Origin: an uncultured virus (IMG/VR IMGVR_UViG_3300028888_000109)
Taxonomy: Duplodnaviria; Heunggongvirae; Uroviricota; Caudoviricetes
Reading direction: 5' to 3' (one strand)
Length of the DNA: 20,000 nt
IMG/VR virus record: IMGVR_UViG_3300028888_000109
The position numbers were made by a program, and so were the translations under genes. Below, in pieces: positions 9,117-16,918 of the stretch. Below the pieces are notes generated by a model, which made no database searches, was not told where the DNA came from, and saw only the letters and a list, made by a program, of their open reading frames with translations. Position 1 is the first letter of the stretch. Each line of letters opens with the position of its first letter.

Positions 9117-9581
9117 TTATTCTTCTAAAAATTGTTTTTCATCAGCTTGAAATTTCTCTAAAACATTAGTTTCGATTTCAATCTCACTATTTAATTCAGG
9201 TACTGCTGTACCAGTTTTTTCTAACATATTCATAAAATATGTTTCTATTTGTTCTCTATATTCAAAATAGAATTCATGATAAGAATATTTCTTATGACTT
9301 CTATCGTCATCATAATACACATAATTATTATCAAATCTCCAATATGGATCTCTACCACTTAGATATTTTTGAACTTTAGTATGTCTATCAAACATACAAG
9401 TTTTTTGTTCAATTCCATCTAAAATAATATTCTTAAACATCTTTATTTGGTCCACCCAATATTGACGTCTGACTAAATCCATTATATAATCCGGAATTTG
9501 ATAAACTATGGAAATATGCTTATTAAGTTCATCTAATGAATAATCACTTATTTGTCTTATTGGTTGATTTAAATTATCCAT
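9117..9581 (-). CDS. hypothetical protein
   Basis: 154 aa ORF in the operon. Confidence 0.8.
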   Translation of the reverse strand: MDNLNQPIRQISDYSLDELNKHISIVYQIPDYIMDLVRRQYWVDQIKMFKNIILDGIEQKTCMFDRHTKVQKYLSGRDPYWRFDNNYVYYDDDRSHKKYSYHEFYFEYREQIETYFMNMLEKTGTAVPELNSEIEIETNVLEKFQADEKQFLEE

Positions 9582-9582
9582 A

Positions 9583-9765
9583 TTATCCGCAAATCATTTT
9601 TTCTCCTGGTGCTAAGCTTTCATTTGTACGTTTGCCACCACATACTGGGCAAAACATTGCCGATGGAGCTACGGAAGCACCACATTTAGGACATACCCAT
9701 CCTACATTACCTGTTGTGTCAATAACATTACCATTATCAACGATACAATCAAAATTTTCTGTCAT
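9583..9765 (-). CDS. zinc-ribbon protein
   Basis: GWVCPKCG...FCPVCG. Confidence 0.8.
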   Translation of the reverse strand: MTENFDCIVDNGNVIDTTGNVGWVCPKCGASVAPSAMFCPVCGGKRTNESLAPGEKMICG

Positions 9766-9776
9766 TTTATTTTATT

Positions 9777-9962
9777 TTATTTTTTATGTAATTCATTAAA
9801 TACAATATCAATTCCACTTTTTATTTTAAATTCTTGATATTGCATACCTAAATTTACAGCTTTAGCTATTATTTTACCGTCAGTAGCTTTATCAGGAGAA
9901 TTTGTCAATTCATCTAATAAAGTATGCATAGCTATTTTAAGTTGTTTTTCTGATGTTATCAT
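9777..9962 (-). CDS. hypothetical protein
   Basis: 61 aa ORF tiling the operon. Confidence 0.7.
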   Translation of the reverse strand: MITSEKQLKIAMHTLLDELTNSPDKATDGKIIAKAVNLGMQYQEFKIKSGIDIVFNELHKK

Positions 9963-10119
9963 TTATATAATTATCTAAATTTATATTGGTTTTACTGCCA
10001 TAAATATTCTCTATATATTTTAATATAGATTCTTGTTCAGCTCTTGTTACAGGTTTTTGTCTACGAATATATTCTTCTGCTAATCTAGATTTAATATATT
10101 CATCAACATAATCTATCAT
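9937..10119 (-). CDS. hypothetical protein
   Basis: 60 aa ORF; ATGA coupling to clpP. Confidence 0.7.
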   Translation of the reverse strand: MIDYVDEYIKSRLAEEYIRRQKPVTRAEQESILKYIENIYGSKTNINLDNYINDNIRKTT

Positions 10120-10718
10120 AAAATTTTTGAAACTACTTTAAATTTCTTAGCTTGTTCAGCGGTTATAAACCAATCTTTTTTACATTTATATATTTCATCA
10201 AGTTTTTCTTCTGGTATTTCGGTTCTTTCTTTAAAGATATTCCACATTAATTTATGGAGACGTTTATTCTCTTCAACATCTTCTTCCATTTCTTTCATTT
10301 TTCCCCAAGCACAACCTGCTAAAGTATGATACATAAATGTAGTGTTTTGATATGCAAATCTATGCTCTAAATCTGTTGCCAACATAATTATTGTACCAGC
10401 ACTCATAATCTTACCAACACAATATATATTAACTGTATATTCAGAAGTTAATTTTTTTATTTCATCATATATAGAAAACATATCATAAACATATCCACCA
10501 ACAGTATTTAAATAAATATTTATTGCTGGTCTAATAATTTGTGCTTCAATACCAACTGACATCAAAGATGCCAAATTTTGATCGCTAATATCATCATCAG
10601 CTGATTTAATTTCATTAATCTTATCAACTAATGTTTGCCACATACTTTCATCTACTTCACCTTTTAAGTAAATATTATGTATCTTTTCATCAAATGTTTT
10701 AATTGTAAATTCTGCCAT
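10116..10718 (-). CDS. clpP: ClpP-family serine protease (Clp protease proteolytic subunit)
   Basis: INIYLNTVGGYV..MFSIYD, GKIMSAGTIIML (catalytic Ser), FMYH (His), DWFITAEQA (Asp). Confidence 0.92.
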   Translation of the reverse strand: MAEFTIKTFDEKIHNIYLKGEVDESMWQTLVDKINEIKSADDDISDQNLASLMSVGIEAQIIRPAINIYLNTVGGYVYDMFSIYDEIKKLTSEYTVNIYCVGKIMSAGTIIMLATDLEHRFAYQNTTFMYHTLAGCAWGKMKEMEEDVEENKRLHKLMWNIFKERTEIPEEKLDEIYKCKKDWFITAEQAKKFKVVSKIL

Positions 10719-11089
10719 TATTTAATATCTTGATGTATTTCAACTTCATAACAATAGTAATAATTATTTACATCATTCTTTTGTAAATTTTCAACTATTT
10801 TTTTAGCTTCTTCAACTTGATATAATTTATTATCATAATTTTGGCATATATCTTTTTTACCTAATATACCAATCTTAAAAGCTGTCTTTTCTGGTTTTGG
10901 TACCAATTGATGTACAACACCTTCCCAACCACAACTATAGCAATGACAACTATTATGATCTACATAATCTTTAGGATTAGCTGGATCATAAGCAAATCCA
11001 GCTAATGTACTACTATAATTTTTACTATGACATACAGGACAACAATAATGTTCTGTATGATATATATCCATAAATTCTCTATATTCCAT
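10718..11089 (-). CDS. zinc-ribbon protein fused to a small alpha/beta domain
   Basis: CPVC...CYSCGW, then LYQVEEAKK...YCYEVEI. Confidence 0.8.
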   Translation of the reverse strand: MEYREFMDIYHTEHYCCPVCHSKNYSSTLAGFAYDPANPKDYVDHNSCHCYSCGWEGVVHQLVPKPEKTAFKIGILGKKDICQNYDNKLYQVEEAKKIVENLQKNDVNNYYYCYEVEIHQDIK

Positions 11090-11277
11090 TATATTATACT
11101 TTTATATTGACCAATAGTACATGTAACTAAAGCATCTGTTTCATGATTATCATATTTACATTTACCATTATAATCACCAAATCTCCCAGCTACAGGGCCA
11201 TAATCACGATATCTTTGACAACTATAACATGTACCTGGATAATCTTCTACATTTAATAAACAATCATTTCTTGTCAT
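11089..11277 (-). CDS. Cys-rich small protein
   Basis: CYSC...GKC...TC pattern. Confidence 0.75.
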   Translation of the reverse strand: MTRNDCLLNVEDYPGTCYSCQRYRDYGPVAGRFGDYNGKCKYDNHETDALVTCTIGQYKSII

Positions 11278-11578
11278 AATCAGTTTTATTATCTCTATTT
11301 TTTCCTATATGATATCCATCACAAAACAAACACTTATAATAAGAAAAATGTGTATTATGTTTTTTACTCATAGCATCAGCTGATTTTTGTGCTGACTTAA
11401 TAGTATTATACATAACTTTTGGTTGTCCTGTATGTTGATTAATATGGCTATTTAATGAAAAGGCTCCCCAAGCATTTCGTGTTACAAAAAAGTTTATAAA
11501 TACTCTTCTACGTTTTACTTGGTCTAAAAACCATATCTTAAAATTTCGCCACTTAATCTTGTCTAAATTCAATATCAT
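11264..11578 (-). CDS. hypothetical protein with a C-terminal CxxC..H zinc motif
   Basis: YYKCLFCDGYHIG, a common phage Zn-binding motif. Confidence 0.8.
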   Translation of the reverse strand: MILNLDKIKWRNFKIWFLDQVKRRRVFINFFVTRNAWGAFSLNSHINQHTGQPKVMYNTIKSAQKSADAMSKKHNTHFSYYKCLFCDGYHIGKNRDNKTDYDKK

Positions 11579-11897
11579 CTATACCTCCTAATATATTTGC
11601 TAAATCATCTACTTTAGCAGTAAATTCTAACATTTTATTAACAATTTGATTTTTTGCACTTTCAATAGCTTCTTCTCTTGTTGTAAATATCATTTTGTTC
11701 CATTGTGATTCATTTCGTCTAAAATCAAATGACAATGGTGATTCATCTATATATGTTTCAAGAACTTCACTATTTGAAAAATAATCATCAAAAGATATAA
11801 CTTTATATTTTTTGAATTGACAACTAACATTACTTATATCAACTCCATATAAAGTATCTCCTTGTTTTACTTCATTAAAAGTTTTATATTTTGTCAT
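11553..11897 (-). CDS. hypothetical protein, 'KxGD...FxxxEEA' family
   Basis: Start taken at MTKYKTFNEVKQGDTLY (11897); IFTTREEA followed by a helical tail. Confidence 0.8.
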   Translation of the reverse strand: MTKYKTFNEVKQGDTLYGVDISNVSCQFKKYKVISFDDYFSNSEVLETYIDESPLSFDFRRNESQWNKMIFTTREEAIESAKNQIVNKMLEFTAKVDDLANILGGIDDIEFRQD

Positions 11898-11917
11898 ACT
11901 CTTCTCCAATTATTTCT
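11884..11917 (-). repeat. direct repeat A, copy 2 (3' end of 11884..12204)
   Basis: 29/34 nt identical to 12209-12242, aligned at the stop codon. Confidence 0.8.
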
Positions 11918-12204
11918 GATTCATCATTTTGCAATTTATCTATAGCAGCGGCAATTAATGCACCGGCCCTTACCAAATTTCTTAATCTATCTTTTGGCTT
12001 CCAAGAAATTCCTTCCCAAGGCCACCATGCATATGAATACTTTTTTTCTGAACCTTTTAAATCAATTATAGCATAAGATACTGCTGCTTTTACAAATGCA
12101 TCAATATTGTGGTAATATTCATCACTGTCATGTTCTTTATCATATCCTTCAACTTCTATTTGACGATTTCTTTCTTCTGAAATTAATTCTGCTCCTGTCT
12201 TCAT
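11884..12204 (-). CDS. conserved phage protein (ERxRQ...WPW...WKP...LVRAGALI family), function unknown
   Basis: EERNRQIEVEGY..EHD, WWPWEGISWKPKDRLRNLVRAGALIAAAID. Confidence 0.85.
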   Translation of the reverse strand: MKTGAELISEERNRQIEVEGYDKEHDSDEYYHNIDAFVKAAVSYAIIDLKGSEKKYSYAWWPWEGISWKPKDRLRNLVRAGALIAAAIDKLQNDESEIIGEEYDKI

Positions 12205-12208
12205 GATA

Positions 12209-12242
12209 TTATATTTTGTTATATTCTTCTTCCGTTATTTCT
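12209..12242 (-). repeat. direct repeat A, copy 1 (3' end of 12209..12451)
   Basis: 29/34 nt identical to 11884-11917. Confidence 0.8.
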
Positions 12243-12451
12243 TCTCCTTCAAAATTTAATAATTTGCGTAATGCTTCCACCGCTCCAGAATCCTCACCGC
12301 AAATAATTGTTTCACCATCTTCATCTATAACATGAGTTATGTCTGAATGTGGTTCGTAATGCATATATAAATAATGTGGTTCTGATCCATAAAAATCATC
12401 TTTCCAACCACAATCAGCAAATTTTATCTTTTGATATCTTTGACTACTCAT
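12209..12451 (-). CDS. hypothetical acidic protein
   Basis: 80 aa ORF, TAATG coupling. Confidence 0.8.
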   Translation of the reverse strand: MSSQRYQKIKFADCGWKDDFYGSEPHYLYMHYEPHSDITHVIDEDGETIICGEDSGAVEALRKLLNFEGEEITEEEYNKI

Positions 12452-12639
12452 TATTGTAATTCAATTTCATATAATTCAAATTGACGGTCAGGGAATTGCT
12501 CTTGTACATTTTCCATTACTTTAGTAGCTTTATCTTTATTGGTGTAAACTACATTATCATATTCATACCAACCACACCATTCTGATTTACCCCAACAATC
12601 ATGTCCATATTCACCATAATGTATCTTATATCCTGTCAT
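12451..12639 (-). CDS. hypothetical protein, small alpha/beta domain family
   Basis: GYKIHY...VYTNKDKA...FELYEIEL. Confidence 0.75.
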   Translation of the reverse strand: MTGYKIHYGEYGHDCWGKSEWCGWYEYDNVVYTNKDKATKVMENVQEQFPDRQFELYEIELQ

Positions 12640-12929
12640 AATTTATTTCCATATTTATCATATTTTTCACCTCTACGATATATAACATTGTCTCTCATAT
12701 AATAGATTCCCAACCATTCACATAAGTCATAAAAATCTTTATTAGTACATAAATTACTACAACGATTTTTCCAATCTTCATCTGAAAGTCCAAACATTAT
12801 CTTAAACCAATAATCTAAACACCATCTTCCACCAAGTTTCATTCCATAAAGATGATGTTCTCCACCCATTCCACTTGGAATATAATCATCTGACCAAATT
12901 TCTTGTCCTCTTATTTCAAACCAAGCCAT
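12636..12929 (-). CDS. hypothetical protein
   Basis: 97 aa ORF coupled at both ends. Confidence 0.8.
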   Translation of the reverse strand: MAWFEIRGQEIWSDDYIPSGMGGEHHLYGMKLGGRWCLDYWFKIMFGLSDEDWKNRCSNLCTNKDFYDLCEWLGIYYMRDNVIYRRGEKYDKYGNKL

Positions 12930-13171
12930 TATTTTATCCCTATATACTTTTCTATTCCACCAATAAAATCTTCAAAATCTTTCAAACACATACATGTTAT
13001 TTCCATATAAGGTTTAGTTTTATCATCAGGCTCACATAATAAATATGCTTTTCTATAATAAGTACATTCTCTTATTATTTGTTTATAATTCTCATCCCAA
13101 CTACCTTTATTAATATAAAATACAGGTATAGCATTTTTATCTATTTGGAAATTATAACTAGCACCTATCAT
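12929..13171 (-). CDS. hypothetical protein
   Basis: 80 aa ORF, TAATG coupling. Confidence 0.75.
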   Translation of the reverse strand: MIGASYNFQIDKNAIPVFYINKGSWDENYKQIIRECTYYRKAYLLCEPDDKTKPYMEITCMCLKDFEDFIGGIEKYIGIK

Positions 13172-13280
13172 AAATATCTATTAACATCATTTGGTTAACT
13201 ATATTCTTATAACGAAGTTTTGTATGTACACTGTTGCACATACAAAACCTTTGAATCATATATTCTAAATCTTCTTTCAT
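13158..13280 (-). CDS. small hypothetical protein (40 aa; 42 aa ending at 13152 if TAG is read through)
   Basis: Hand-translated MKEDLEYMIQRFCMCNSVHTKLRYKNIVNQMMLIDIYDRC-TAG-TTA-TAA; starts 2 nt after the thyX stop. Confidence 0.45.
   Translation of the reverse strand: MKEDLEYMIQRFCMCNSVHTKLRYKNIVNQMMLIDIYDRC
13215..13250 (-). other. long RNA hairpin downstream of thyX
   Basis: - strand AGGTTTTGTATGTGCA-acag-TGTACATACAAAACTT: 16 bp including 2 G.U pairs. Confidence 0.6.
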
Positions 13281-13282
13281 AT

Positions 13283-14404
13283 TTACTTTTTAACGTAATC
13301 AATTATCTTTGGATATTTACTCTGAATTTCATTGTATTTTTCAAGGTTAATATCATTTAAACTAATATAATTTCTTGCAATAAATTCTAACATTAATGGA
13401 ACTGCAACTTCTTTTGCCGATGGGCGTGGAGCGCCAGTTGTTCCTAACGCGCGCAAGTTGAAGAAATGGCACCAATCAGATGCAAATGCCGTATGAATTG
13501 ATTCTGTTTTAGTATCTAAAGGTAGCATCAATGAAGCTTGTTGTGGGGTCCATTTGAAAAATTTTGTATTATACAAATAACCAAATTCACAAGCTAAATT
13601 AATGAATCTCCACATATCAATATCATCCATTTCATTTTCTCGACCTTCTGCAATCAATTTACACATTGTTTGTAATGACCATTGATTTTCTGAATTGATA
13701 CGTTTCTTTGCTAAATCAGAAAAGAAAACAGGTTCAATAATGTTTAATTCAGTGCCAAATTTCTCTTTAGAATAATTACAATAACGAGTTGATTCTTCAC
13801 CAATAGATTGTACTCTATGACGATTAATATCTCGTGCTACAGCAAGATGATATGTAAATCTTACTGTATAACGTTTTTCGTGTTTATCAGTAGGAGGAGT
13901 CATCCATTGTAATATTGAATCTTTTAATGATTCTTTTTCAATATGATAATTATTCAAGAAATATTTTACTAAATTCTTGTCTTTAGCTTCAAATATTACT
14001 CTCCAATTAGTTGTAATATAATAGAATGTAGCTGAAGCTTGAGTTCTCATTCCATAACCCTTTATTTCAACTTTAACATTCTCATTTACTACTTCTTTCT
14101 TTACTTTAGAATATTTATTACCACTAAAGAATTTAACAATATCCAATTTCCACATATATTGTGGATCATCAATAGGAGTTCCGAGTGGAATAGTCAAATA
14201 TACAGTACCATGTTCTAACATGGCACCATGTTCTTTCTTTTCTAAATCTTCTATAAATTTCTCATAAGATTTTTCTGTAATCTTATCTTCTGACTTATAA
14301 CATGTTCTACCACATATTTCTATATGTTTGAACATATTTTCAAGAAGTTTGGTCTTAGTATATTTTTGATCTATTATTTCAAATTTAGCTTGAACTATAT
14401 TCAT
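13283..14404 (-). CDS. thyX: FAD-dependent thymidylate synthase ThyX
   Basis: ThyX motif RHRVQSIGEESTRY; IEICGRTCYKSE, HGAMLEHGTVYL, WCHFFNLRA; start taken at MNIVQAKF (14404) to avoid a 29 nt overlap. Confidence 0.95.
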   Translation of the reverse strand: MNIVQAKFEIIDQKYTKTKLLENMFKHIEICGRTCYKSEDKITEKSYEKFIEDLEKKEHGAMLEHGTVYLTIPLGTPIDDPQYMWKLDIVKFFSGNKYSKVKKEVVNENVKVEIKGYGMRTQASATFYYITTNWRVIFEAKDKNLVKYFLNNYHIEKESLKDSILQWMTPPTDKHEKRYTVRFTYHLAVARDINRHRVQSIGEESTRYCNYSKEKFGTELNIIEPVFFSDLAKKRINSENQWSLQTMCKLIAEGRENEMDDIDMWRFINLACEFGYLYNTKFFKWTPQQASLMLPLDTKTESIHTAFASDWCHFFNLRALGTTGAPRPSAKEVAVPLMLEFIARNYISLNDINLEKYNEIQSKYPKIIDYVKK

Positions 14405-14405
14405 T

Positions 14406-14609
14406 TTAATCTTCAATGTATTTATTATCTTCAACCCAACCCATAATTTCCATGAATTCTTTAGTTGTAGTTACAGATAAAAATTCTCTACCATTTTTAT
14501 TTTTACCTTTACGTGACTTTGCAAATACTTTACATGGAACATACTTGCTTAATGGGTTATTTCCAGCAGCTGATGTAAATGCAAATAATTTTACTTCTGT
14601 CTTTGTCAT
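14406..14609 (-). CDS. hypothetical protein
   Basis: 67 aa ORF tiling the operon. Confidence 0.75.
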   Translation of the reverse strand: MTKTEVKLFAFTSAAGNNPLSKYVPCKVFAKSRKGKNKNGREFLSVTTTKEFMEIMGWVEDNKYIED

Positions 14610-14610
14610 A

Positions 14611-14814
14611 TTATATATACTTGTATTTATTTACTTTAAATATAAAACCTAATCTAGACATCTTATGCAAGTTTACAAATCGTGGTTGTTTAGGCCACCA
14701 TTCATCGAGATAGTAGTAACTTACATAAACAATATTAGCTTCTTCTACAATGATAGTTAAATCTTTGTAGGTCCATCTTGAATTGGATTCTATTTTTTTA
14801 AAAGGATTAATCAT
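14611..14814 (-). CDS. hypothetical protein
   Basis: 67 aa ORF, TAATG coupling. Confidence 0.7.
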   Translation of the reverse strand: MINPFKKIESNSRWTYKDLTIIVEEANIVYVSYYYLDEWWPKQPRFVNLHKMSRLGFIFKVNKYKYI

Positions 14815-15017
14815 TAGTATGCTTTGCCTAATTTTTCTTCACTAATATGCTTAGCTTTAAAAGCAAACTTCCAATAATTGAATGTTTCGAAAGTTGACTC
14901 TTTCTCATTGTCTTCACATGTTTGTGCAGTTAATATTGGATCTATCATTGCACAATATCTTACAATATACTTTTTACCTTCATAAAGGTAAATATGTTTT
15001 ACTTGAGGTATTACCAT
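14814..15017 (-). CDS. hypothetical protein
   Basis: 67 aa ORF coupled at both ends. Confidence 0.7.
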   Translation of the reverse strand: MVIPQVKHIYLYEGKKYIVRYCAMIDPILTAQTCEDNEKESTFETFNYWKFAFKAKHISEEKLGKAY

Positions 15018-15409
15018 TTTGCTTCTCTAATTTCAGGATTACTATATGCACTATACCATTTCTTCATACGTGCTATTCTATTCTCTAAATATTTGATTTT
15101 TCTATCATACCAATTACGTTGTTGTTCCAACCAATAATTAGCTGATTCGATACAAGAAAAACGAATCATATATCCTCGTCTGATTATAGATTGTTTTGCA
15201 TCATAATATAAATCTAATTTTGTACGATTATTCTTGCCAGCTACGATATTAACTACTTCTCTATGTTGTTCCGTTACTCTACCAGACCAATCAGTATAAG
15301 ATGAAACTTCGTCTTTAATCTCTATTTCATGAACGATTTGCTCATGTAATTTACCTTTATCCCAATAGTAAATTTTATCTCCTTTTTGTAAATCTTTAAA
15401 AGCTTTCAT
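15011..15409 (-). CDS. hypothetical protein, 'KxGD...FxxxEEA' family
   Basis: MKAFKDLQKGDKIYY; RFSCIESA followed by a coiled coil. Confidence 0.8.
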   Translation of the reverse strand: MKAFKDLQKGDKIYYWDKGKLHEQIVHEIEIKDEVSSYTDWSGRVTEQHREVVNIVAGKNNRTKLDLYYDAKQSIIRRGYMIRFSCIESANYWLEQQRNWYDRKIKYLENRIARMKKWYSAYSNPEIREAKW

Positions 15410-15414
15410 AGTTC

Positions 15415-16374
15415 TTAAAATAAATTTTCTAAATCTTCGTTATTATTCGTTTCTTTAATAATTTCTTTATTTTCACTTTCTTCTTTCTTTTCTTGATCTA
15501 ATGACTTATTAATATAGTCCTTTTCTATACCAAACTTATATAATCTATCCATTAAATCTGTATCAAATGGATAAGCTGCTTGATGTGTACCAAAATTAGT
15601 TCCTAATTCTTCAATGATTTTACCAGGTAAATTAACTATCATCACCACTACATCATCATAAGAAGTTCCTTCTGGTAAATATCTACTCTCAATTAAAGTT
15701 TTCTTATAGAAATATAATTGTGTTGTATAAGTATAATAATTAAGTGCCCAATATTTATTCATTGGACCTAATAATTTTTCAGTCCATTTTGATGGTACTT
15801 TATCTATGGTACCAGAAGATTTCCAATCAATTATAATCCATTTTTTTGTTCGTTTATTATAGAATAAAGCATCAAATCTTCCTTTAACATAATAAGTTAA
15901 TTTTTCTCCTTCTTTTAATGGATTAGGAATTTCAACTTTATAATAAACTGTTCTTTCTCTATCAACAAATACAGTATCACCTGACTTAGATAATATTTTA
16001 TAGAAATTATCGAAAGAATCACATAATCCATGTAATCTTTCATCAAATTCATAATTATTATCCAATTTGTATAATCGTAATGTTGCTTCATTACCGGTCA
16101 AAATATTACCAATATAATCATCAAGCATTGACCCATATCTACGAGATTCTGCTCCTTTATTATCCCATTGTTCAATAATTTCTTTGACAGTCATTTGATA
16201 ATATTCCGAATTAGGATTATTATGATGTTTGTCATAAGTCTTTTGAGCCACACCTTCTCTATCAAAAGGTTTTTCAAGCATTCCTAAAATAGATGTAATA
16301 CTTATTGTTGGTATTTTAGGATCAATGTTTATATTAGCAAAACTTGGTTTGAAATCACTTAAAAGTTTTTCCAT
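15415..16374 (-). CDS. PD-(D/E)XK nuclease (RecB/AddB-like exonuclease)
   Basis: SITSIL, YGSMLD, ERTV, VKGRFDALF, IIIDWKS, QLYFY motifs; no Cas4 4-Cys cluster. Confidence 0.88.
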   Translation of the reverse strand: MEKLLSDFKPSFANINIDPKIPTISITSILGMLEKPFDREGVAQKTYDKHHNNPNSEYYQMTVKEIIEQWDNKGAESRRYGSMLDDYIGNILTGNEATLRLYKLDNNYEFDERLHGLCDSFDNFYKILSKSGDTVFVDRERTVYYKVEIPNPLKEGEKLTYYVKGRFDALFYNKRTKKWIIIDWKSSGTIDKVPSKWTEKLLGPMNKYWALNYYTYTTQLYFYKKTLIESRYLPEGTSYDDVVVMIVNLPGKIIEELGTNFGTHQAAYPFDTDLMDRLYKFGIEKDYINKSLDQEKKEESENKEIIKETNNNEDLENLF

Positions 16375-16456
16375 AATTTCAATATATTTTGTTATAAAAT
16401 AGAAATGTAACTTTATAAAATTAAATTTTTTTAACTATAAAAAAATTCTTATTATA

Positions 16457-16498
16457 TTTGAAAAAATTAAATTATTTTCTATATTATATTTGTAATTA
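16457..16498 (+). promoter_or_regulatory. putative phage early/middle promoter, copy 2
   Basis: TTTGAA-N16-CTATATT-N4-TTGTAATTA in the divergent intergenic region. Confidence 0.75.
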
Positions 16499-16515
16499 TT
16501 AAACAAAATAAGAAT

Positions 16516-16755
16516 ATGAATATTAAGACAAAATTTGGTGTTGGTGATTTAGTTTATACATTTGATACTAAGAATGGTCAGATGATGAAGGGCTACATTG
16601 ATGAGATTGATGTTAATATCAGTAAAGTAAATAGTGATCTTAGTATTTTTATTCGTTATACCATCGGTAATCGTAAATATATGGAACGCGACCTTTTTGC
16701 TTCTCTTGAGGAAGCTTTTAAAACACTAAGTAATGAAGTTGTCTGGATCCAATAA
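16516..16755 (+). CDS. hypothetical protein, 'KxGD...FxxxEEA' family
   Basis: MNIKTKFGVGDLVY; LFASLEEA. Confidence 0.8.
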   Translation: MNIKTKFGVGDLVYTFDTKNGQMMKGYIDEIDVNISKVNSDLSIFIRYTIGNRKYMERDLFASLEEAFKTLSNEVVWIQ

Positions 16756-16772
16756 ACAACGACATATTAATT

Positions 16773-16812
16773 ATAATATACATGGTATCAGGGATGGTAC
16801 TATGTATATTGT
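16773..16812 (+). other. long RNA hairpin with GNRA loop (terminator or processing site)
   Basis: AATATACATGGTATCA-GGGA-TGGTACTATGTATATT: 16 bp core with 2 G.U pairs on the + strand, extendable by 2 bp. Confidence 0.7.
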
Positions 16813-16918
16813 TATGTAATATAATTTAAAAAAATGAAAATAATTTTGAATAAAGTATAGATTTAATACTATTTATAAATATGACAAAGAAATATTAACA
16901 TAATTTAATTTTAAGAAT

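Noticed and set aside
12636..12960. Stop-aligned [DE]KY similarity between the ends of 12636..12929 and 12929..13171
   Set aside because: Too short; explainable by A/T-rich translation-initiation context for the next gene.
15415..16374. Cas4 assignment / CRISPR system
   Set aside because: No 4-Cys Fe-S motif, no repeat-spacer array and no other cas genes in the window.
16874..16881. T4 late promoter TATAAATA
   Set aside because: An all-A/T 8-mer is expected by chance at this composition; no supporting context.
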